Source of the DNA: Utricularia gibba
Lineage: Eukaryota > Plantae > Magnoliophyta
Reading direction: 5' to 3'
DNA length: 64,000 bases
Assembly: GCA_002189035.1 (NCBI GenBank)
Contig: CM007990.1
Location: 2,232,001 to 2,296,000, forward strand
Each line of letters begins with the position of its first letter. The first letter of the stretch is position 1. The notes under the pieces were generated by a model. The model searched no databases and had not been told where the DNA came from. It saw nothing but the letters and a program-made list of their open reading frames with translations. Made by a program: the position numbers and the translations under genes. This document shows positions 14,402 to 28,100 of the stretch, one piece after another.

Positions 14402-17400
14402 TGTCATAACCCGGGTTGAAGTATGTTGCATTTCGATGGTGATACAACATGCAGAGAAGCCAAGGGGACGAACATGGAGTGGCTATGAGGAACCTCTCTG
14501 CTTGGCTATCCACGCGCAAGAAATCAATCAGATCCGAACACGGCATGCAACTCTTGTCAGAGGTGTACCGGGCTCTTGGGCGAATCCCAAGAGTGCTCGC
14601 GCGAGAGACTCGCTTGAGCTAATGAGACTCTGTACGATTGAGCAAGCATGGGTGCCCAACGGATGGTGTGTGACGTGCTAGATGCTAGGCAGAGTGTGGT
14701 CGCGAGCCCAAGGTTTGGATGAGACATGGTTGGTAAGTTTGGTCCAAAGCTACCCAGAAGATAGGCTACGTTTCTAGGTGGAGTAACGGCCATGGCTCCT
14801 AGGCCTCTTCTTGGGTCATTACATTTTGGTATCAGAGCCAAGTTCACTCTATCACTCCTTCAGCCCTCTGCCACGCGACCGCGACACCCAGGTAAGTACG
14901 ACGATGCTAATGAGTTAAGTTATGTGATAGACATCTGGGGATGGTGCAAGTAATGAGAACCAAACACCATCAATGAACAATGAGGAGCAACGGGCAGTAG
15001 CTATCGTGGCTGCAATGGGTGCATGTACACCAAATGTGGATTAAGGGAAGTCTTATAAAGAAGAGAGAAGCCACTATCTGCATCTGAAGAACGGATGCAT
15101 GGTTACCTTTGGTGGAGGGTCCTTGATGAGTCAGACTCATGGATTATGGAACTGGAACAGAATATGCGGATCCACAACACCCCAAGAGAACTACGGGGGC
15201 TAATTGCTGCTGACTTCTTGGTAGGCGATGCTGGGAGATAGTGGAGAAGCCTTGAGGTTTCTGACATGTCAGCAAACTAGGAGGATTTTCGCAAGAAGTT
15301 TCTCGATCGCTACTACCCCGCAGTGGTGATCACTCAAAAGGTGGCCGAGTTTGAGGCTATTTGGCAGCGAAGTGGTGAGACAATGTACGACTTCCACACT
15401 CGCTATCAGTGTCTGGCACAGGTGGTGCCTCGTTTGGCAGGGGGAGAGCAATTGATGGTGCTGAAGTTTCGACAGGCTCTGATGCCCCACTTCGTGAGAG
15501 ACTCATCTCAGTTGTAGCAGAGACAATGAGTGAACTATTGAGGTCAGCCTTGCTCGTGGAAACTGAATTGGCAGCATTAGATGAGGGTCAAAACAAGCAT
15601 ATGAGCACTGGTGAAAGGAAGGCCGAAGTGGTGAATCAAGCAAGAAGGGAAGGTGGCTGGAACCTCAATCCAATATTTGCGAAGTGTGGGAGGAGACTTA
15701 CAGGGGAGTGTTGGGCAGGAGTATGCTATGCATGTGGGCAGAACAGACATCTCATAAGAAACTGCCCCACAAGAGCGACGGGACAGGGAGTGCAGCAGGG
15801 CAACCGCAACAATGGGCATGTCTACTACCTTGATCGCACTGAGGTAGAGCACGATGACATGGCCATCATAAGTTTGATTAAACTCTTTAATACTGAAGTT
15901 ATCACCTTGTTTGATTATGGAGCTACACTGTTAAGTGTCATTTTCTTACTAATTCTTAGGTTTTTTTTACCTCTAATTGTGATTAAAAAAGTCTAATTAG
16001 GAGTCTATAATATGAGATTTAGGTTTTTATCTAGTTTAGGGTAATTATCCTAAATCTTGTATTTTATCTAATAATTTGCTAGTTTTATTTAAGTTTTTCT
16101 AGAGGTGCACACGTGACAGGAAGTGAGAGACATAGGGCAGCAGATGGCGACAAAATGGATTTTCCCGAGCTGACACTCTTTATTTCTAGAAGACTGCAGA
16201 CACCTAATCATGAGCCTTGACGTGCAGAACACGGGAGTCTCTGACAGGCGACATCATTAGCATACCAGTGTCAAAGCAGATGTTTGCTTGCAAGTCACTC
16301 TAGTCCAGCAGAACCAGAGGAACATGAAAGCTCAGATGAAATAGTTTAGCTCAGTTCAGTTCGGGCAAGGAGAGAATCAAATTTCAATTTGGTTTAGACT
16401 TTTATTTCTCTCTCTAAAGGATTTTCCTCTAGCTCCTCTCTAGAACCTTGTTTCAATTTTCTTTAGTTTGTATGGCCGTTCGCGATTAGAAACTTCCGTT
16501 TCTAGGTTAGGATACTCCTAGATCTATGTTTCGTTAGCCTATCTTCATCTCTTCTTTGAATCCGAACGGGTTCTGTATGTCTTCATGTGATTATGTTACA
16601 GTCTTTCTGTAACAGTCCCCTTATTTAAGATTTATGGTTAGCTGATCACTAACGCCAAGTTTTGAAGAGGAGTAAGGTGGAAAGCATCAACTCACGCCCC
16701 TTTGGCCGGAGGAAGATAATGCATTGTCTATGGTCGTACCTCATGATCAATGGACAGATCCTTCTTGCAAGAGAGTGTAAGGGAGGGTAGGCAATTCCTT
16801 ACTCGTATAACTAAGTACTCGAGAAGACCAAAGAAGAGTGAAGACGCAACGAACATAACTGGGCAAGATTCCAAACCCAGAAACATTTGCTTTCTTTAAG
16901 GATCATCGCTTACATTTATTGATGTTGTTTGCTTAAAACCCTCGTACCTCTTTACTCAAGCTTCATCATTTACGTTTCTCACACCTTTACTACCAAAACC
17001 GTTTACAAATCATGACAGTTGTATTCGACGTAACCTCATCATTCACTAAAAACACAACTCCCTGCGTTTGACACCCATACTACGCTTTTGTGTTTTACGA
17101 GTTTTAAAAATATTAAAATTTGTTATGGAAACGACACGCATTATACACACTCGTTTATATCAAAGGAATGTGCGGAACGGTTGGACATGGTTGGGGAGGA
17201 ATGGCAAACAGAATTTAGAGCTAGGACCCTAGGTGGTGGGGTATTGTTGGGTAAGAAGCGGTATCAGGGAGTCACCATCCAATTGGGCGAGATGGAGGCC
17301 ATAGCGATGCTGATAGGGCTGGATATTAGGGAAATGGATGTCATTCTAGGACTTGATTGGTTACGAAGACATAAGGCATGGATTGGTTGTGCAGAGAGGG

Positions 17401-20400
17401 TGGTAGAACTAGAAGATAGTATGGGGCGAAAATGGGAGTATCACCCAGACAAAGGGTCTCATGAAGTGACAAGGCAAGTGAGCGAGACAGGTTGTTATTT
17501 GCTGGCCTATGTCTCCCAACCGTACATTGAAGGTGCATTAGCAGAGAGGGCTTGAGCCCTCATCTAGGAGTATAGTGACGTCTTCCCGGAGGAGTTATCG
17601 GGTGAAATGCCAGATAGGGAGATTGAATTCGAAATAGAACTAATCCTAGGTGCCGCACCAATCTCATAGGCACCCTACCGTATGGCCTCAACAGAGATGA
17701 AGGAACATAAGGCGCAATTGGAGGATCTTCAAGCTAAGGGATTCATACGCCCCAGCACATCTCCATGGGGCACCCCGATGCTATTTGTTAAGAAGAAGGA
17801 TGAAACTATGAGACTATGTGTAGACTATCGAGAAATCAACAAGGTGACAATCAAAAACAGGTACCCACTACCACGGATCGATGATCTCTTTGACCAATTG
17901 AAGGGGGCGACGGTATTCTCCAAGATTGATTTACGATCGGGCTATCACCAATTGAAGATACAAGAGGGCGACATTCCTAAAACGGCGCTCCAAACATGAT
18001 ATGGGCATTTTGAGTTCGTGGTGCTACCTTTTGGCCTCACCAATGCCCCTGTAGCTTTCGTGGACTTGATGAACAGGGTCTTCCAACCTTATTTCGATAG
18101 CTTTGTGGTTGTCTTCATAGACGACATACTGATATACTCTCCAGACGAAGACACCCATAATGAACACCTACGAGTTGTGCTGCAGCGGCTTCGTGAAAAT
18201 AAACTATATGCTAAGGCAAGCAAATGTGAGTTTTATTTATCAAGTATTAGTTTCCTTGGATATGTTATTAGTGGCAAGGGAGTTGAGGTGGACCCGAAGA
18301 AGGTGGAGGCAGTGATGGCGTGGCCAATGCTCAAGAATGTTGGGGATGTACGAAGTTTCTTGGGCTTGCTGGGTACTACAAACGATTTATCAAGTCTTTC
18401 TCTCAGAAGGCTCAACTACTTACAAAGCTATTACAAAAAGAGAAGATGTTCACATAGATGGATCAGTGCCAGGAGAACTTCACACGGTTGACGAGAGAGC
18501 TCACCACAGCCCCTGTCCTAATGCTACCCCAAGAAGGGAAGGGATATGTGGTCTATACGGATACTACTCGCAAAGGCCTTGGGCGGTGTTGATGTAGGAT
18601 GATAGGGTCATCGCCTATGCTTCTAGACAATTGAAGGATCACGAAAGGAATTACCCAGTGCACGACTTGGAGTTGGCTGCAGTCATCTTTGCTTTGAAGG
18701 CATGGAGACACTACCTTTATGGCGTGCAGTGCGAGCTCTATGCGGATCACCACAGCCTTAAGAATATCTTCACTCAGCAGGAACTCAATCTTTGGCAATG
18801 TAGGTGGCTCGAGCTAATTAAGGACTATGACTTGACGGTGAATTATCATTCGGGGAAGGCAAACGTTGTGGCAGATGGCCTAAGCCGAAGTGTGCCAATT
18901 CAGGAGTTGTGCTCAGAGATGGAACGGATGGGGATAGAGATTGTATTAGAGGGGATGCTGGCCACGATCATCCATGCGTCACCTAACCTATTAGCTGAGA
19001 TCAAGATGGCCCAGGGCAAGGATAGTAGACGCCCAATACAAGACATGGCACGTGAAGGGCGAGCTCTCTTCGCTATCAGGATAGATGGGGCAATCACGAC
19101 GCATGAGAGAGTATGGGTACCGGATCTAGGGACGTTGAGGGAGCGCATTCTGAGGGAGGCGCATGAATCGGGATACACTATGCATGTATCATGACTTGAA
19201 AAGAAGCTTCTGGTGGCCAGGGATGAAGTGGAGTATTGCCTCATTTGTGGGCAAGTGTCAGATCTGTCAACGCACCAAGGCAGAACACCAAAAGCTAGGA
19301 GGGCTGTTACAGCCTCTTGGCATTCCTGAGTGGAAATGGGAGATGGCCACCATGTACTTCGTGACAAGGTTGCCTTGGACCCGCAAGGTGAAGGATGCGA
19401 TATGGGTGGTGGTAGATTGCCTCATGAAGAGTGCTCACTTTCTGACAATTCATTCCAAGTGGAGCATCAGCTGCCTCCCTCGAGAGTACATGGCGGAGAT
19501 AGTGCGATTATACGGGATACCGGTGAGCATTGTTTCTGACCGTGATATCAGGTTCACCTCTAGGTTGTGGTTGGTGGTCCCTAGGAAGCATTGGGCAGCA
19601 AGCTTTACATGAGCACCACGATGCACCTTCGGACGGATGAGCAGTCTGAGCGGACGATCCAAACAGTAGAGGACCTATTGCGGGCTTGTGCTTTGGAGTT
19701 CCAAGGAGATTGGAACGAGCACATCTACTTGGTGGAGTTTGCGTACAACAACAGATACCAATCAAGCCTTAGGATGTCTACGTACGAAGTCTTGTATGGG
19801 AGAAAATGTAGAACCCCTCTACACTGGGACGAGGTGGGGGAACGAGTAGTATTGGGACTTGAGTTGGGTAGATACCAAACGGAGACCAATGGACCTTGAG
19901 GTGGGAGACAGGGTCTATTTGCACCTATCACCTCAGCGAGGACTTACGAGGAGTGCAAAGTTTGGCAAGATAGGACCCCGATACATTGGACCATATGCGA
20001 TAACAGAACACATTGGAAAGCTAGCATACAAGTTGGCCTTACCGAAGGGGTTGTCAGGGATGCATGATGTTTTTCATGTATCGCAGCTAAGGAAGCACAT
20101 ACCAGATGCAGGGCGTGAGATACGGGGGGATGAGTACGAGATTGTAGACAACCTCACCTATCGTGTATGCCCATTACGTATTTTAGGCAGAAAGGTGACT
20201 ACTTTGAGGGGAGGTCAATTGTGTGGTTAAAGATTCATTGGGCGAACCTTGACCCTGAAGATGCAACGTGGGAGACAGAAGTTCAGATGAGGCCGCAGCA
20301 CCCTGAGTTGTTTGCAGGTAAGGTTTTGAGACAAAACCTTTTTAAGGGGGGGAGAATGTCATAACCTAGGTAGAAGTATGTTGCATTTTGATGGTGATAC

Positions 20401-21561
20401 ATCATGCATAGAAGCCAAGGGGACAAACATGGAGTGGTTACGAGGAACCCCTCCATTGGCTATCCGCGCACAAGGAATCGATTGGATTCGAATACGGCGT
20501 GCAACTCTTGTCAGAGGTGTACCGGGCTCTTGGGCAAACCCCAAGAGTGCTCACGGGAGAGACCCGCTTGAGCTGAGGAGACTCTGTACAATTGAGAAGG
20601 CATGCGTGCCCAACAGATGGTGAGTGACACGCTAGACGCTGGGCAGAGTGTGGTCACGAGCCCAAGGTTTGGATGAGACATGGTTGATAAGGTTTGGTCC
20701 AATGGGGTGTTGGAGAAGGGCCTAGGGGTGTAAGAAGGGTAAGAGGGCCGACTTTTCATATACTAGGCCCGTAAGGTGAAAGGTTGGAAGAGGAAAGGGC
20801 TAGAAGCCCAATAATCAAGGGTAGTGTATAAGGGCTTGGCATGATGGCAGGTTGGAGGATTGGAAATCAGAGAAGGTATGCCACCATGGTGAGATATGGA
20901 AGGAGAAGGTCACTATTTGGTAGGAGGGCAAGGAGCCACACGAAGGTAAGGGGAAGCATGAGCCGGAACGTACGAATAAGGGCCGAAGGGGTGTAAGATG
21001 ATGAGCCCGAAGGGCGGGGTCGGACCCTTCGCCGAGGTATCTCCAACAGCAACCCAACGTGAGTTTGAGGGTAGATATCGCCTTGAGCTCCAAAGGGAGC
21101 GGGGTTGAGATGGATCATCATGGCTGGGATCCCTCCCGACGGTAATGTGATGTGCCATCACGGGATGCATGCCCCTTGTGATCAACGGGTCTTTACAATA
21201 TATGTGTTTATGTTCTTACGATGATATGACTGATGTTGTGCTTATGATGATATGTGTCATGCTTATGATGACGTTATTGTGGTTGGTAGTGTGGTCTACC
21301 CTATGCATATGTTAATCCCCTTACGAACTTATGTATAGGTGAAGGTTCTTGTCGTGCAGAAACTGATGGAGAGGCGGAAGGGCTGGCGGAGTGAACTCGG
21401 AGGACCGAGGGGATTGGGGAATAGAAAGCTACTGTTTTACTCGTGTTTTCCTTTATAGTTTGATGTGATTTCGTGGATTATGTTGAATCTTCTTTGCTGC
21501 ATTTATGAATAAGATATTCCTTGATAATCTCGTGTCCATGTGGGTTAAACAGATCGTTACA
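14402..21561 (+). mobile_element. Full-length but inactivated Ty3/Gypsy chromovirus (Tekay/Del type): LTR-PBS-gag-PR-RT-RH-INT-chromodomain-PPT-LTR
   Basis: 5' LTR 14402-14823 (TGTCA...TTACA); PBS TGGTATCAGAGC at 14827-14838 (tRNA-iMet); CYACGQNRHLIRNC knuckle; [13 protein letters not shown]...[14 protein letters not shown]...FIDDILIYS; RH DHHSLK; INT GLLQPLGIPEWKWE; chromodomain WANLDPEDATWE; PPT 20344-20356; 3' LTR 20357-21561. Flanked by CTTACC at 14396-14401 and 21562-21567. Stops at 17999 and 18597, plus frameshifts. Confidence 0.95.
15929..17143 (+). mobile_element. Solo LTR, Athila-like family C copy 1, inserted in the Tekay protease motif
   Basis: TGTTAAGTGTCATTTT...ACGACACGCATTA. 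Perfect TSD TACAC at 15924-15928 and 17144-17148. Removing it restores TLFDYGAT-HSFIS. Confidence 0.93.
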
Positions 21562-22483
21562 CTTACCAGCCTTTAATACACAACAACGATCGGTTAACGT
21601 CCAGATATCTAAATGGCGATTTCTCAGGATTCTCCCAAGTGGGTCCTCAAACGTATAATATTAATTTAATGATGAAGAAGTGACATACATATCAATCCAA
21701 ATGGTCCAACAAGAAGGTGGGTGAATAGGGGAAATAAGACAAATACCTAAACTTTTTTATTCTATTTGTGATTTATTCCAACTTTATGAATGCTTTGTAA
21801 ATTCTTTTTTATATTTTACCTTAACTTTATGATTTTTTCATATTCATATTTTTAATCAAATGGTTAGATGTATTTTTTCAATACATTCATATTGCTAATA
21901 GCATTTTTTTTTTTTTTGGTTTCAGATTTGTTTTTTAAAAGTTAAGAGTTTTTATTTTAGAATTTAGTGATTCAAAGTTTAATATTTAGAGTTTAATATT
22001 TTCAATTTTTATTTAGACGAGAATTTAGGTTGTGAAGTTGATGATTACGTTTTTTGAATTTACGATTTATTATTTAAAATTCAAGAGTAGAGTTTATTGT
22101 GTATGCTATTGGGTTTCAAATTAGGGATTTCGATTTATGATATAAGGCTTAGATTTTAATTTTTATTTATTTCTAAATTTGAAATATTTTGCAAATGATA
22201 CTTAAATATAACAAACATATTTTGTAAATAAAAGTTAGCAGTGAAGTATTTGACAATGAAATTTAATTGACGTGGTCGGCCTGGGTTGAATAGACTACCG
22301 AGTTTGTTTTGAATTCATTGTGCTTTTAAAATATGGTAGTGGTTTGGGTTCAGCTTAGTGTGTAATTGCACGACCCGAATAGCAATAGCTGTGCCATCAG
22401 CAACTTGTTCTGTATTTATGCGGCACTGGTGGTGCCCTTCGCGGATCGTTTTAGGGCTTTCACGATAAGGAATAACAGCAAGG

Positions 22484-24694
22484 ATGGAGGCACCATTGGC
22501 ACTTGGCGAGAAGGAATGGCTGGCTTGCTCTGGAAGTGTGAAATTTGCCCAAGAAATGGCCGCCATGGGGCCCTTCTCAAGCTATCAACAGGCCCTTGAT
22601 GCTGCAAGAGACATCTGGTTCAATAAAGTCTGTCTCTCGCATTACTGTTTATCTGCAAACTCGAGCCCTTTTTTTTTTTTCTGATTCCTGCTAAGGTGTA
22701 TTTTATTTACGCTCGCCAGGTTGATGTCAATGGGTGGCTGGAAGCATTCGCCGCTCATCCTCAGATCGGTGATCTTTCTCCAAAGAGCACGTCCAGTGCA
22801 CTGTTAAGCCCTTCTCTGATTCTTGTTTATCGTGATTCTTTGGTTGATGCAGATTTTATTTTTTGATCTTTATTCCTATTTCTTCCACTTTTAGCATAAT
22901 TTCGTGCTCTGTGTCCTGGAGATTGAATCGTGAATGTGCTGTCGTGTAGATGGAGCAAGGGAGAGCAGTCTACTGCTTTAGCTACTGCTACAGACAACAC
23001 ACTACAGGTATCTATTTGATCAATTTGATGTGTATCTTGTTTTGGCTTCCTTACTGGTCAAAATTTTGTATACACATTTTTAAGCGTCATTTTATGCTTG
23101 CATTCTCTAACTGCTGTGTAGGAGTTATACGACTGGAATGCTCGCTACAGGCGGAAGTTTGGGTTTGTGTTTCTTATCTTTGCATCTGGAAAGAGTGCAC
23201 CTGAGATTCTTGTGGAGCTAAAGGTATTCACTTTGTAACCTGGTGACGCGTCCAGGAAAAAATGTTTGCATGAAGTTGTATGCAGCACTTGTGATTCATC
23301 ATAGTATGTTATCTTGTGCATTTTTTATCTTTTTCTTTCTTAATTTAAACATTTTTGTGTATTGCTAGTTATCTACGACATTATAGATGATGCTTTAGAT
23401 TATTCAATGAAACTGCCTTATTCAGCCACTTTTTACATTCAAATTCCTTCAAATAGCCATGGCAGCGTATTTCATGTCCGTGTGAACGCGAGGTTCTAAT
23501 CATACTAGTAACTGTGAGGTAACATTGCTGCTTTTTTAAAGAACTCGTTTTGCAGAAACGGTATGAAAACCGACCACTTGTTGAGTTCGAGAATGCGGGG
23601 AAAGAAGAAATGAAGATAATTGAACAACGCCTCTCTAAGCTACTTCCACTTAATTTCAACTGCATGACTTCGCATGATACAGATGTGGTGATGAAAGCTG
23701 GAGGTTGTGTCTCAGATTGGTTTTTTCCATTTCTACTATTCATGACGTGCACGTTTATTATGCTGCTTATTTTTTTCTACATTTTAAGCTTTCGGACATA
23801 GACGTTGGCTGCATGAATTCCAATAAAACTGGTTGTTTTCTTGTAGAGAAACTAAAGCATTTCGTTGTAACCAAAACTGAAAGTTGTCCTTTTCTTTTTT
23901 TTATTATGGTCCCATGTCTGTAGACCGGGTTGCATGTTTTCTTGCAATTTTTGTGTGGCCTAGATAATTCATCGTTGAAAGGACCTGGTGCCATTAGAAA
24001 TTATTAGAAAGATGTTAAGTTGGAATTATAGAACAATCTTTGATTTCTTGGTAATTATATTTTTTTGTAATTGTGTGATCTCTTTGTGAAGCAGTAGAAT
24101 AGTTATTTAATGCGGGTAAATCTGGTAGTCAACAGACACATTATGCTGTATCCACTATTTTCACCACCCTTTGTGTTTCCTTCAATCCTCTGAACTTAGT
24201 TTTTTCTGGAACCTATTCTTATGCTTTATGTGTTCATTATAGAAGATCGTGTGAACATTCTTGGGGCACATTTAACTGCTGGGAAAGAAACAGCATCTGC
24301 TCCAGCTATCTCACGTTCAAGACCACCAATTACAACTCATGTTTTGGATGTGGCCCGGGGCTGCCCTGCAGCTGGTGTTGAAGTCTGTTTGGAAACACTT
24401 GCAGACACCAATCAACCCCCTTCCATGCTTCAGTTGACTGCTTCGGGTTCTTGGAAGCTTCAAGGTGCTTCAAAGACAGACAGTGATGGAAGAAGTGGAC
24501 ACCTTATGAGCACAGCTGATGTTCTGAATCCAGGGCTGTATCGTATCACCTTCAACACCGGAAAGTATAATCCTAACGGCTTTTTCCCATACGTTTCGGT
24601 AGTTTTCCAGGTACGAGAATCTCAGAAATTGGAGCATTTTCATGTTCCTCTTCTACTTTCTCCTTTTTCCTTCTCCACATATCGTGGGAGCTGA
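22484..24694 (+). CDS. TTL: Transthyretin-like bifunctional OHCU decarboxylase / 5-hydroxyisourate hydrolase (S-allantoin synthase)
   Basis: Exons 22484-22627, 22720-22802, 22950-23007, 23122-23223, 23556-23703 and 24243-24694, all GT-AG. 987 nt in frame, 328 aa. Motifs WLEAFAAHPQIG, EQSTA, YRRKFGFVF, ITTHVLD, DGR, HFHVPLLLSPFSFSTYRGS. Confidence 0.96.
24248..24274 (+). other. Internal peroxisomal targeting signal PTS2 (RVNILGAHL) in the TTL inter-domain linker
   Basis: Fits R[LVIQ]x5HL, at the position of the known internal PTS2 of plant TTL proteins. Confidence 0.85.
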
Positions 24695-24999
24695 ACTTCC
24701 TCACTTCCTCAGCCAATGATGTGCTCCTCCCGTCAATTCGGAATAAACCTTGTAACAGTTGTGTATCACTGCAAGATGTATAGTAAGTATGCTAAGCGAA
24801 TCTGCCGTGGGATTCACGAAAAAGAAGGGTCTCAAATCAGAAGTTTGTCTTATGTTTGGTATTCCTTGGCCGAGAGACTCAATCATACTAATTACAGAAT
24901 TTCTAAATTTTAGAAATATGCGATTTTACGAAAATAATATCATTCATGATGTAGATTAGAGGATCATGAAAGCGACCAAGGTTGTGAGCTCACTTGAAA

Positions 25000-25440
25000 A
25001 TCTACTTGCGAGAGACCGCTTTAAAAGTGGCTTACAATCATTTGTCTTTCCCTATAGCTAGAGCTCTAGTATCTTGAGGATCTAGGGATGCCGAGGATAA
25101 CTATAGAGGAACCAAAGAAAAGGGAAATAAATTTCCTCTTGTTATTCTCCCAAGTATTGCTAGCAGCAAGCATATGCTATTTGCAAGATATGCAAGCATG
25201 TGGAAGAAGAGTGCCACCCAAAGGCATGCAACCGTTTCTATAGCAGTTGATTACTTGCTATTTGTGATGCTGGAAGCATGTTCGACTTTAGATCTTGCAT
25301 GGAATCAATGACTGATTGATTTTGGTTGCTCATCCAATATAGTGAGTGGTATTGAGTTCTTTCATTCCCTTGACACACCCTTTACCAGAGATGTTAAGAA
25401 AGATTGGCTGTGGCCCTATAATTACAACATAAGAAGGTAA
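25000..25440 (+). mobile_element. Possible decayed LINE ORF2 fragment
   Basis: Weak translation WNQ*LID...HSLDTPFTRDVKKDWLWPY resembles the region upstream of the zf-RVT domain in plant LINEs. Confidence 0.3.
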
Positions 25441-26199
25441 TCTTCACAAACCACTCATGTTATATTTATGTGGCCACGTCGATGGTGGTTCTTATCTACT
25501 AACCTGGAAGCTCTTAGCAGAACCGAGTGTAGAACAGGAGGCGTGTGTGCTGTGGCCATGTGAATGAGTTGAGAATAAATGTCTATGGGAATACCAAATT
25601 GCACAAAGAACTTCCATAAGCAAGACAATTTTTGAAGCATGAGCAGTTTTTTCACTTTTCTATAATTCGTTTTTATGTGGGTGTTATGGAAATCCACATA
25701 AATCGATTTTGTGTGAAGAGAATATTTATTTATTACTTAAATAGTTTTTATATATTTACAAATGATCATAAATAATCAATTTTGAAATAAAATAAAATGA
25801 GATAATAGTGCAAAACAGCCTCATTGTTTCCTAAATGACAAAATTTGTACCCACAAATAACATTTTCATTCCTACAATTTGAAAAGCATGTATATTTGGT
25901 CCCTCACTATTTTAAAACCAGACAAAAGCAATCCCAACGGTTTTTCATGTATGGAAAAATTAGTCGGCAATGTGAAACCCTATTTCTTCCCCAATTTAAT
26001 TTCTTATGATTACAGACCGTCAGTTGCCAATGCTAACGTCCACCAGCTCCCATCCATCATGCTTTGCCACTGCTCACCCTGATGCCTACCGCCTCCTGCT
26101 CACATTCTACTCGATCGACCGCCGATCGTCTACTCAATGAGATGCATAATTTGGCCCAATAAGAAAGATACTGAAAACCTCTATTAGTCTTTTACATCT

Positions 26200-26660
26200 A
26201 AGTGAAGTGGGTATTGTCATGCCCATGATTCTTTCAAAGGGGATGACAACTACTTTTGATAAAAATACAGATATGAGCATGAAAGACAACTAATTAATTT
26301 TCTTGAATAGATCAAATAGATTCAAGGTTCCTGACCTTGCTTTACCTCTAGGAAAAGTAAGGACAATGCAGTTAGCTAAAAGAGAAAATCTCACCGACCA
26401 TCAAATCCTTTGACAAGCATATAAGGAGTGAAAAAAGAGGAGAGAAATGGACTTAAGATCATTTTTTCTTGGACAAGGATAGTTGAAGAAGAAGAGCAAC
26501 ACAAAAGAGTTCATCTTCATCCGAGGATCCAAGGAGTTCTTCAAAACCAATTTCCATAGAACATTTTCATTGAGTGAAATCTAAGGAGGTTTAGCAAGTG
26601 AGGATTTCTAACTCTATGAATTAATAGTTAAAAACAGCTGAAACCTACCCCAGACACTTT
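26200..26660 (-). mobile_element. Possible decayed LINE zf-RVT fragment
   Basis: Minus-strand translation ENVLWKLVLKNSLDPRMKM...LLANCIV resembles the W-K-L-I-W...P-R-x-K signature. Stops are present. Confidence 0.35.
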
Positions 26661-26819
26661 CTATCACTGCATATACATCTCACTCTAATAGTCATGTCTA
26701 GACATTTGATTATTTAATACTTAATATTTATCTATTTTATATTATTTAAATTCATTATTTATTATTTAAAAATACAACAACCATATAACACAAGAATTAA
26801 CTTATTATGAGACACTTTA

Positions 26820-28100
26820 AATTAACCAACCTTAGTCCACATATGATTGATCAAGTTTGCCTTGAGTTGTTTATGGAATGTTTTTTTTTTTGGATTTTAT
26901 AATTCTACCAAGATAGTCTTCAAAAGCATGAATGTTTTGTCCCAAAAGATTGGATAGTTGTCTAACATTAACTTGATCATAATGCTGCCCCTTGTTACCT
27001 TCATCCTCCACTATTATATTGTGTAAAATTATTGCGGCATGCATAATATCGATAAGCCTTTGATTATCCCATACTAGAGCTGGTGAGTAAATGACCTTAA
27101 GCACTCCAAATGCTCTTTCTACATCCTTCTTTGCACTCTCTTGAGTAGTAGCAAATAATCTTGTTTTTGAATTTTGTGGAAGAGTCATAGTTTTCATGAA
27201 AATAGGTTATTTAAGATAAATATCATCAGCTAAATAATATCTCATGTTGTATTTTTTCCCATTCACAAAGTATTCCATTGGAGGGCAACACCTTGATGTA
27301 AATCATTAAATAAAGGTAAATGAGACAAAAAATTAAGATTATTATTAGAATAAGAAATTCCAAAGAAAAAGTGCCATATCCAAACATCTTTCGAGGCTAC
27401 TGCCTCTAGGATAACAATAGATGAATTGATCCACGACTATATTGATCTTTCAAAGCCACTGTAATATTCTTTCACTCTCAATGTATACAATCTATATTTT
27501 CAAGCATACCTGAGAAACCTCTTTTCTATCCCCATAAAAGTAATTTTTGAATATCACTCAAATTGAAAAGTCTCATATATTCTATTTCGAATATAATATA
27601 AATTGCGGATATAAAACATCCTAAGTAGCTGAGGGTAGTAGAGTCACTAATTTGAAGATATTCATCACAAGCATCAGCAACATATCCATAAACCATCATC
27701 ACATAGTAATAGTGCACTTTTGCATTGTGGTTAATGAGACATGACCTGTTGCCTCAATTATTTCTTGTAAATATGGCTCTACTTCCTGAACACTGAATAT
27801 AATACACTCAAACAAACTATGATGCATTCTAAAACGATGGTGAAACATTTGATCATTTTATGTAGCATTGACGGAGAAATAATCTGCTACCAAATGAGTG
27901 TTGCCAAGGTCATGATCATGATCAATATATGCATTTTCCTCTTTACCTTTTGGACAGATTTGGTTCATCTACCAATAAATCAACAACAGCTTCAATAGCA
28001 TCAATGATTGCATCACTATGGTTAGACATACAGAATGAAATATCATTTGGATTGGAATATGCATTTTGATATAGGACATTTTCTGAGTTATGAGAATCCA
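26820..28100 (-). mobile_element. Degenerate PIF/Harbinger transposase (HARBI1-like)
   Basis: ORF 27526-27717 GYVADACDEYLQISDSTT and ORF 26871-27197 QESAKKDVERAFGVL...IMHAAIILHNIIVEDE are typical plant Harbinger DDE motifs. The frame is broken. Confidence 0.85.

Noticed and set aside
18900-19367. 155-aa minus-strand ORF and other overlapping ORFs in the Tekay pol and LTR
   Set aside because: Antisense or alternative frames of GC-richer retrotransposon sequence, with no recognisable domain.
22268-22275. TGACGTGG bZIP-type site about 210 bp upstream of the TTL ATG
   Set aside because: A single short motif with no conservation or expression evidence.
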